40,860 nt of DNA from an uncultured Verrucomicrobiota bacterium (GTDB taxonomy: Bacteria > Verrucomicrobiota > Kiritimatiellia > RFP12 > UBA1067). The notes beneath the pieces were generated by a model. The model was not told where the DNA came from and did no database searches. It saw only the letters and a list, made by a program, of their open reading frames with translations. The stretch covers positions 1-40,860 of the forward strand of contig CALCDB010000187.1 in assembly GCA_937901395.1 (NCBI GenBank). The letters are read 5' to 3'. A program made the position numbers and the translations under genes. Below, one piece after another: positions 9,257 to 15,409 of the stretch (positions are counted from its first letter, which is position 1; each line of letters starts with the position of its first letter).

Positions 9257-9451
9257 TACCCATTGAACAACGCTTGTAAACACGGTGTAACTCGGGCGAG
9301 TGGCAAAATTTTATTTTCGTTGTAATTACAACGGACAAGGGAAGGCGAAAAGAGCATAATATGCGCCGTCCGGAGGAACTGCGGATTCGACCATGGTGGT
9401 CGAGCCGAGGAATGTTTCGAACGACAAGACAAAAAAGAAGAGAGGTAAACA

Positions 9452-9742
9452 ATGAACAAGGTAATAATGAAGTCGGCCAAGTTGGCACTCATGAGCGGAG
9501 CACTCGTGGCGGCGCTTACCGGTTGCTGCATGTTCGGTTCGAAGAACTGCTGCGACAAGAAGGCGTGCTGCGGGAAGGAAGCGTGCGCATGTTGCTGCAA
9601 GGAGCAGTGCGGCGACAAGAAGACGAGCGGCGTAAATACTTCGATGACGCTCGGGGTTGGCACTGACGGACTGCACATGGGCGGCGATGCCAATATCGGC
9701 AACCATGGGGTGAGCGCTGGCGCTGGAGGAGGAATCCGCTAA
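9452..9742 (+). CDS. Small Cys-rich lipoprotein (metallothionein-like composition), function unknown
   Basis: 96 aa with a GAGAGG Shine-Dalgarno upstream. Signal peptide with lipobox LTG|C at residue 25. There are 11 Cys in residues 25-53 (CC, CC, CC, CxCCC, C), followed by a Gly-rich tail. Confidence 0.6.
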   Translation: MNKVIMKSAKLALMSGALVAALTGCCMFGSKNCCDKKACCGKEACACCCKEQCGDKKTSGVNTSMTLGVGTDGLHMGGDANIGNHGVSAGAGGGIR

Positions 9743-9752
9743 ACAATTATGT

Positions 9753-9794
9753 CTCCCCAATGCACACTGAACTGCCTTAACGTGCATTGGGGAG
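9753..9794 (+). terminator. Perfect 13-bp hairpin (CTCCCCAATGCAC-16 nt-GTGCATTGGGGAG) 10 nt after the stop of the Cys-rich gene
   Basis: The inverted repeat was read directly. There is no T-tract afterwards, so terminator function is uncertain. Confidence 0.4.
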
Positions 9795-9812
9795 CAATTA
9801 GTTGAAGGTTGG

Positions 9813-9905
9813 ATGGTGATGGATGGAATTGGTAGCATACCTGAACCATCTTCTGGACTTATGTTATTGTTTGGCTTGTCGATGTTGGGCTTGAAGAGAA
9901 AATAG
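9813..9905 (+). other. 30-codon mini-ORF consisting only of a PEP-CTERM-type sorting tail (MVMDGIGSIPEPSSGLMLLFGLSMLGLKRK)
   Basis: Hand translation of frame 3 gives a PEP motif, a hydrophobic helix and a basic KRK tail directly before TAG 9903-9905. The frame is closed upstream by TGA 9768-9770. Confidence 0.4.
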
Positions 9906-9984
9906 GGTAAAATTGATTTGGCCAATTGCATATTCGATGAAGATTTGGTACACTTGTACCAAAAGGCAGTTAGGAGCAGACAAT

Positions 9985-10506
9985 ATGAAGAAGGTTTTAT
10001 TTTCAGTTGGTATTGTGCTTTGTGCTTTTATGGGCAGAGGCGACATAGCTGAGCTTTTTGTGGCAGCGGAGCGTGGTGATATTGACGCGCAGTATAATCT
10101 TGGTCTGATGTATGAAAATGGCAATGGGGTCGCAAAGGATGAGGCAAAGGCGATTAAATGGTATCGTAAGGCAGCAGAGCAAGGGCTTGTAATAGTGAAG
10201 CAAAACTCGAGTCAGATGGATGTAATATGTGAAAAGAAAAAACGTGTAGCTAAAGAAGCAGTTGAACTTTTTCGCAACGCGGTAACGAGTTACATGATTG
10301 GACAAAGAAAAATGACACCACCGAACGACCTCAAAGTTCTAATTGACGGTAGCGCTTCTAAAGGTCCTTATATTGAAGGCGGCGAGAAAGCGCTTATTGA
10401 TCCGTGGAATAATGAATATCGTATTGAAGTTCAGGGCAAACGTTTTGCAATTATTTCTAATGGACCAGATGGACAACCAGGAACGAGTGACGATATTCGC
10501 AAATGA
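9985..10506 (+). CDS. Secreted Sel1-repeat / type II secretion GspG-like globular-domain fusion protein
   Basis: GGAG lies 8 nt before ATG 9985. Signal-like N-terminus MKKVLFSVGIVLCAF. Sel1 repeat AERGDIDAQYNLGLMYENGNGVAKDEAKAIKWYRKAAEQG. The C-terminus DPWNNEYRIEVQGKRFAIISNGPDGQPGTSDDI matches the T2SS-G pseudopilin globular domain. No GFTLIE-type prepilin motif is present. Confidence 0.65.
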   Translation: MKKVLFSVGIVLCAFMGRGDIAELFVAAERGDIDAQYNLGLMYENGNGVAKDEAKAIKWYRKAAEQGLVIVKQNSSQMDVICEKKKRVAKEAVELFRNAVTSYMIGQRKMTPPNDLKVLIDGSASKGPYIEGGEKALIDPWNNEYRIEVQGKRFAIISNGPDGQPGTSDDIRK

Positions 10507-10590
10507 TTGTTCTGATATTTGAGGATTTAAGCTAAGGGGAGCGTTTCCCCAGCAAAATAGGAAACATAAACAAGAAAGGTAAAATTAAGA

Positions 10591-11184
10591 ATGAAGACAC
10601 TCATCATGGCCGCGCTTGCGGTTGCAGCAGTTGGTGTGAATGTTGCGTTTGCAGAAGAGGATGACGGAATCGTCTCGGCGGCTCCAGTTATCGCAAACCC
10701 TACCAATCCTCAGCCAGGGTTATTAGCGAATGCGTATAATATTATGTATAGAGGAAACATGAATACTTATAAGGCGATGACGACATTGCCCGCGCTTGCG
10801 AAAACGCCATCAGTTAAAAGTTATGAGGACAAGGCGGATGCATTTACGCGCGATGGAGTTCCAGGAAAGACGGATGTGAATGTGATTAAATGGGAGGGGT
10901 TCATCAAGTGTAAGCGAGCGACAAGTTATACATTCTCATTTGATAGCAGGGATTCCTATTCATTTTATGTCAATGGCAGGCAGTATATCGATACGTGTGA
11001 TCGGCAGGAGTCAAGAGATGTGGAATTGAAAATGGGATGGAATAAGATTGTAATAGTTGCGTATTTGGATCGCGTTGGTAACAAACTTACGGTTGTGTAT
11101 CGTCCAAAAGGATCGATGTCGGAGCCTCGTCCACTCTCGCCGGGTATGTTGTTTTATGATAAGCCCATTGAGGAGGAATGGTAA
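10591..11184 (+). CDS. Secreted PA14/GLEYA-like domain protein
   Basis: Signal peptide MKTLIMAALAVAAVGVNVAFA. PA14-like pattern GLLANAY..., WEGFIKCKRATSYTFSFDSRDSYSFYVNG. Confidence 0.55.
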   Translation: MKTLIMAALAVAAVGVNVAFAEEDDGIVSAAPVIANPTNPQPGLLANAYNIMYRGNMNTYKAMTTLPALAKTPSVKSYEDKADAFTRDGVPGKTDVNVIKWEGFIKCKRATSYTFSFDSRDSYSFYVNGRQYIDTCDRQESRDVELKMGWNKIVIVAYLDRVGNKLTVVYRPKGSMSEPRPLSPGMLFYDKPIEEEW

Positions 11185-11222
11185 GTTGATTCTTTTATCT
11201 TAAGGTTACAGAGCCTAATGAT

Positions 11223-11262
11223 AGCAGTTGTGCGGATACTCGCGCAACTGCTCATTGTTTTT
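11223..11262 (+). terminator. Rho-independent terminator after the PA14-like gene
   Basis: 12-bp stem AGCAGTTGTGCG / CGCGCAACTGCT (one G-U pair), 6-nt loop, followed by CATTGTTTTT. Confidence 0.65.
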
Positions 11263-11425
11263 GGGGAGGTTGTGGTTTGAGCAATCAGCGCAAATGGGGA
11301 TACACCGCAGAAGGTAATTAGCGATGGAAAAAACGACGCAGTTATGATACAATGTGCGTTATGAAAGCGATGACCTAAATGAATATGATATGCTTTTTTA
11401 TAAAGGTGAGATAGGTTGTTAAATA

Positions 11426-11893
11426 ATGACAATTATTTATCTAACGATTTCGGCGATATTAATAATAGTGGGTATAATTGGGTGTATTTTGCCGATAATA
11501 CCGGGTCAGGTGATAGCATATTTGGGCTTATTATGTTTGATACCATCATCACATTCGCCATCGTGGATGACATTGTTGTTTTTTGGTGTTCTGACAGTAG
11601 TTGTTACTGTGCTTGATTTTGTTGTTCCAGCTATTGGTGCAAAGCGATTTAACTGTTCAAGTTTTGGGACATGGGGGTGTTTTATAGGGACATTGGTTGG
11701 TTTGTTTTTTGCGCCACTTGGCATTTTGCTTGGTCCGTTTATTGGGGCGTTCATTGGAGAGTTGATTGCAGGTAAGCCAGCATCGGCAGCTGCGATTGGT
11801 GGTTTTGGGGCATTTCTTGGCTTTCTTATGGGAACCTTTATCAAGGTAATCGCTTGCATCTTCATGTTGATTTGTTACATACGATGTTTGTGA
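11426..11893 (+). CDS. DUF456-family integral membrane protein
   Basis: 155 aa, polytopic. The N-terminus IVGIIGCILPIIPGQVIAYLGLL and the GAKRF...GPFIGAFIGELI block are typical of DUF456/YqgC-like proteins. Confidence 0.65.
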   Translation: MTIIYLTISAILIIVGIIGCILPIIPGQVIAYLGLLCLIPSSHSPSWMTLLFFGVLTVVVTVLDFVVPAIGAKRFNCSSFGTWGCFIGTLVGLFFAPLGILLGPFIGAFIGELIAGKPASAAAIGGFGAFLGFLMGTFIKVIACIFMLICYIRCL

Positions 11894-11947
11894 GTAAAAG
11901 TAATGGTGCAAAAATGTTAAAGATAGATACATCACGTCACAAAAATT

Positions 11948-11956
11948 TGATATAAT
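11948..11956 (+). promoter_or_regulatory. Extended -10 box TGATATAAT upstream of the zinc-ribbon membrane gene array
   Basis: Exact 9-mer in the 113-nt gap, 50 nt before ATG 12007, which has an AAAGGAAAAA Shine-Dalgarno. Confidence 0.45.
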
Positions 11957-12006
11957 ATTAATGCTCTAACTTATCCAATTAAACAAAGTAATTAGAAAGG
12001 AAAAAT

Positions 12007-12426
12007 ATGTTTTGTCGTTCATGCGGAAAAGAAATCGCTGAAAATGCGGTTGCATGCATGTCATGTGGTTGTGACCCTAAAATAGGGAACAAGTTTTGCC
12101 AAAATTGTGGCGCAGAAACTAATGCAAATCAAATTGTTTGCATTAAATGCGGAGTTGCGCTCAAGAGCGCTGCTAATAAGCCTGGCGCAAAGAATCGTAC
12201 GACTGCAGGTATTTTAGCGATTCTTTTTGGCGGCTTTGGTGTTCATGAATTTTATTTAGGTAATACTCTATCGGCAGTTATTCGCCTTTGTGTAACTCTT
12301 CTTACTTGTGGGTGGGGCGGATTAATTGTTGGGATAATTAGTTTTATTGAGGGGATTATCTATCTAACTCAGTCCGATGAAGAATTTCAGCGTGTGTACG
12401 TTGATGGTAAAAAAGCATGGTTCTAA
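12007..12426 (+). CDS. Double zinc-ribbon / TM2-domain membrane protein
   Basis: MFCRSCG..ACMSCG and CQNCG..CIKCG ribbons. TM2 signature AGILAILFGGFGVHEFYLG followed by a second TM segment. Confidence 0.75.
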   Translation: MFCRSCGKEIAENAVACMSCGCDPKIGNKFCQNCGAETNANQIVCIKCGVALKSAANKPGAKNRTTAGILAILFGGFGVHEFYLGNTLSAVIRLCVTLLTCGWGGLIVGIISFIEGIIYLTQSDEEFQRVYVDGKKAWF

Positions 12427-12445
12427 ATTAAAGAAAGGAAAAATT

Positions 12446-12775
12446 ATGTTTTGTGCCAAATGTGGAAATCAAATTGATGATGCGGCTGTAATATGCCCTA
12501 AGTGCGGAGTTCCTGTAACAGGGAAAAAGTCATCAGACGCAAATGTTTCCAATCACATGGTCTTAGCAGTCCTCACGACAATTTTTTGTTGCTTGATAGG
12601 CGGCATTATTGCGATTATTTATGCTTCTCAAGTCAATACGAAATTGGCGATGGGAGATATTGAAGGTGCGAAGGCAGCATCAAAGACTGCAAAGATTTGG
12701 ATTATTGTTAATATTTGCACGGGATTATTAGGCTGTCTCTTTTACATTCTTGCTGGTATTGGTGCAGTGCTTTAA
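12446..12775 (+). CDS. Zinc-ribbon / CD225 (dispanin, IFITM-like) membrane protein
   Basis: ATG 12446 with an AAAGGAAAAA Shine-Dalgarno. MFCAKCG..ICPKCG ribbon. CD225-like core VLAVLTTIFCCLIGGIIAIIYASQVNTKLAMGDIEGAKAASKTAKIW plus a second TM. The track start at 12377 overlaps the upstream gene. Confidence 0.7.
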   Translation: MFCAKCGNQIDDAAVICPKCGVPVTGKKSSDANVSNHMVLAVLTTIFCCLIGGIIAIIYASQVNTKLAMGDIEGAKAASKTAKIWIIVNICTGLLGCLFYILAGIGAVL

Positions 12776-12794
12776 TAGTTAGGGAGTGACCATT

Positions 12795-13151
12795 ATGTTT
12801 TGTAAACATTGCGGTGCGCAGATTTGTGATGAGGCCGTGATTTGTGTTAATTGCGGGTGCAAAGTAATTAGTCCCAAATCTGCCGCTGCAATAGATCGAA
12901 ACGATGCGGCACTTAGAATGGTAGTTCCAATTGGCTGTTCAGGATGGGCTATTGTTGCTGGATATTTAGGATTATTATCTTTGCTTCCAGTTTTTGGTGT
13001 AGCAGCGTGTGTCTTTGGCTTATTGGCGTTAAACGATATTAAGAAGCATCCTGATAAGCATGGCAAGGGCAGGGCGTGGTTCGGTATAATTATGGGTGGT
13101 ATTACTACGCCTCTGTATCTATTTATATTCATCATTGTAGGTTTTGCATAA
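12795..13151 (+). CDS. Zinc-ribbon / DUF4190-like membrane protein
   Basis: AGGGAG lies 8 nt before ATG 12795. MFCKHCG..ICVNCG ribbon. Two TM segments flank NDIKKHPDKHGKGRAWFGIIMGG. Confidence 0.65.
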   Translation: MFCKHCGAQICDEAVICVNCGCKVISPKSAAAIDRNDAALRMVVPIGCSGWAIVAGYLGLLSLLPVFGVAACVFGLLALNDIKKHPDKHGKGRAWFGIIMGGITTPLYLFIFIIVGFA

Positions 13152-13185
13152 TAAGTTACTATCTAAACCACAACTCATAATACTA

Positions 13186-13500
13186 ATGGTATTACTTATT
13201 GGTATTGTGAGTTGTGGTTTTTTATTTTTCTTTAATCCATCTGATATCAATTGGTTTCCAAAGTGTCCTTTTTATGCGTTAACTGGGTATAAATGTCCAG
13301 GGTGTGGGACGCTTCGCGGGATTCATCATTTGTTGCATTTTAGATTTGTAGATGCGTGGAAGATGAATCCATTTATGATTGTTTCCATTCCATTCTTACT
13401 TTCGTTTCTTCTATTCCCTAAAATCTGTAAAAACAAGATCGTTGGGAAATGCGTATTATGGGCGACATTATTGTATTGGTTGTTAAGAAATATCGTGTGA
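13186..13500 (+). CDS. DUF2752-like membrane protein
   Basis: CPFYALTGYKCPGCGTLRGIHHL motif after an N-terminal TM. The start is ambiguous: TTG 13144 (overlapping the upstream stop) or ATG 13186. Confidence 0.65.
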   Translation: MVLLIGIVSCGFLFFFNPSDINWFPKCPFYALTGYKCPGCGTLRGIHHLLHFRFVDAWKMNPFMIVSIPFLLSFLLFPKICKNKIVGKCVLWATLLYWLLRNIV

Positions 13501-13517
13501 TATGGGGATATGAAATT

Positions 13518-13526
13518 TGGTATAAT
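13518..13526 (+). promoter_or_regulatory. Extended -10 box TGGTATAAT upstream of parE
   Basis: In the 61-nt gap, 35 nt before ATG 13562, which has a GAGGA Shine-Dalgarno. Confidence 0.45.
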
Positions 13527-13561
13527 ATACGCCTAATTATAGTTGAGGATAAAGAGATAAT

Positions 13562-15406
13562 ATGGTGAAAGATTATGGAGACGCCAGCATTAAGACGCTG
13601 GATCCGGTGACGCATATTCGTACGCGTCCGGGGATGTATGTGGGCGAGCCGGGAACCGGCGCGATGTATCATGACTGCATTTACATTCTGATGAAGGAAG
13701 TAATCGACAATTCGGTCGATGAATTCGTTATGGGGGCGGGCAAGCGCATTGACGTTACCGTCAATTATGATACGGGCGAGACGAGCGTTCGGGATTATGG
13801 GCGCGGCATTCCGCTGGGCAAGGTAGTGGATTGCGTATCGCAGATGAACACGGGCGGCAAGTTCGATTCCGATGCCTTCCAGTTCTCGGCGGGTATGAAT
13901 GGAGTTGGCACCAAGGCGGTAAATGCGCTTTCGGAATTCTTCGAGGTTAGGAGTTTTAGGGATGGGCAATTTTCCGAGGCGTATTTCGAGGAGGGGCGGC
14001 TGAAATCGAAGAAGAGCGGAAAGCAGACAACTGCGGAACGTTCGGGAACGTACATCCGCTATAAGCCAGATGTCAAAGTATTGAAGCATTTTAAGGTTCG
14101 CGAGGAGCATGTAGCCAGGCGCATGAAGATGTATTGCTACGTCAATGCGGGGCTAACAATCGTCCTTAATGGTCAGGAGATATGTTCGGAGCATGGGCTG
14201 GCGGACTTGATTGCGGACGAGGCGCAGTTCGAGAAGCTCTATCAGCCATTTCACATAAAGACGAAGAGCCTTGAGATAATTTGGACGCACACGAATCGCT
14301 TTGGCGAAGAGTATCATTCGTTCGTGAATGGGCAATACACGACGGACGGTGGAACGCATCTGACGGCATTCAAGGAAGCGCTCACCAAGGCGCTCAATGA
14401 ATACGATTCGCGCAAGCGGTTCGATGGCGACGATATTCGCGATGGACTGATTGGAGCGGTGAGCCTGAGGATAATGAATCCAGTGTTCGAAGGACAGACC
14501 AAGATCAAGTTCGTGATGAACGACATCAAGGCGGAGTTGGTAAGCGCGATGAAGAAGGAGATTCTCTCGGCGCTTCATCGCTCTTCGGCGGAGACCGAAA
14601 AGCTAATCGCCAAGATAGAAGAGACGGGCAAGATACGCAGTCAGCTCAATACCATCAAGAAGCAGGCGCGTGAACGCTCGCAGGCGACGCAAGTAAGGGT
14701 TCCGCAACTCAAGGATTGCAAGAACCATCTGACGTTGGATAAGATCAACAAGAAGACGGGGAAGTGCGAGGGCGAGGAGACGATGATCTTTCTGACGGAA
14801 GGACAATCGGCGGGCGGTACGCTCGGTGGGGCGCGCGACGCGATGACGCAGGCCGTGTTCTTCTTGCGAGGGAAGTGCCTCAACACATACGGGCTGAATA
14901 AGGACGTATTGTACAAGAACGAAGAGTTCTTCAATTTGATAAAGACATTGGATATCGAGGAGACATTGGATCATCTAAGATACGGAAAGATAATCTTCGC
15001 GACGGATGCGGATGTGGACGGGCTGCACATCAGGATGTTACTTACAACTTTCTTCATGCGCTTTTATCGTCAACTCATTTTGGATGGACGTGTATTCATA
15101 TTGGAGACGCCGCTATTCAGAGTAAGGAACAAGAAGGAGCATTATTTCTGCTATAGCGACGAAGAGCGGGAAGCGGCGATTAAGAAGTGCGGCAAAGGTT
15201 GCGAGATCACGCGCTTCAAGGGTTTGGGGGAAATTGACAAGGAAGATTTCAAGGGCTTCATCGGCGAGGATATGCGGCTTACGCCAGTAACTTGCGTGGA
15301 TGATGTCGACGTGGAAAGAACCATCAAGTTCTACATGGGGGCGAACACGCCAGAGCGGCGTGATTACATCATGGATTCATTAGTATGCGATTCTTCGGAG
15401 TATTAA
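13562..15406 (+). CDS. parE: Type IIA topoisomerase ATPase subunit B (topoisomerase IV ParE-type)
   Basis: 614 aa. GHKL ATPase N-terminus (LDPVTHIRTRPGMYVG, EVIDNSVDE), Toprim EGQSAGG and ATDADVDGLHI. Confidence 0.85.
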   Translation: MVKDYGDASIKTLDPVTHIRTRPGMYVGEPGTGAMYHDCIYILMKEVIDNSVDEFVMGAGKRIDVTVNYDTGETSVRDYGRGIPLGKVVDCVSQMNTGGKFDSDAFQFSAGMNGVGTKAVNALSEFFEVRSFRDGQFSEAYFEEGRLKSKKSGKQTTAERSGTYIRYKPDVKVLKHFKVREEHVARRMKMYCYVNAGLTIVLNGQEICSEHGLADLIADEAQFEKLYQPFHIKTKSLEIIWTHTNRFGEEYHSFVNGQYTTDGGTHLTAFKEALTKALNEYDSRKRFDGDDIRDGLIGAVSLRIMNPVFEGQTKIKFVMNDIKAELVSAMKKEILSALHRSSAETEKLIAKIEETGKIRSQLNTIKKQARERSQATQVRVPQLKDCKNHLTLDKINKKTGKCEGEETMIFLTEGQSAGGTLGGARDAMTQAVFFLRGKCLNTYGLNKDVLYKNEEFFNLIKTLDIEETLDHLRYGKIIFATDADVDGLHIRMLLTTFFMRFYRQLILDGRVFILETPLFRVRNKKEHYFCYSDEEREAAIKKCGKGCEITRFKGLGEIDKEDFKGFIGEDMRLTPVTCVDDVDVERTIKFYMGANTPERRDYIMDSLVCDSSEY

Positions 15407-15409
15407 GCG

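Noticed and set aside
9326-9931. 201-aa - strand ORF and 101-aa + strand ORF (9361-9666) overlapping the Cys-rich lipoprotein gene.
   Set aside because: Neither has a signal, Shine-Dalgarno or motif. The 9452 frame has a Shine-Dalgarno, a lipobox and a coherent Cys pattern. Uncertainty remains, because small Cys-rich ORFs are hard to validate from sequence alone.
11154-11432. 92-aa - strand ORF filling the 240-nt gap between the PA14-like and DUF456-like genes.
   Set aside because: It runs through the + strand terminator hairpin, overlaps both flanking genes, and has no start context or recognisable motif. I treat the gap as non-coding (terminator plus promoter region).
13418-14110. 230-aa - strand ORF antisense to parE. 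Similar long antisense ORFs lie at 35134-35883, 35947-36636 and 37111-37926 inside the C10 peptidase gene.
   Set aside because: All have Arg/Leu/Ile-rich shadow composition, no Shine-Dalgarno or promoter context, and each is antisense to a frame with clear family motifs.
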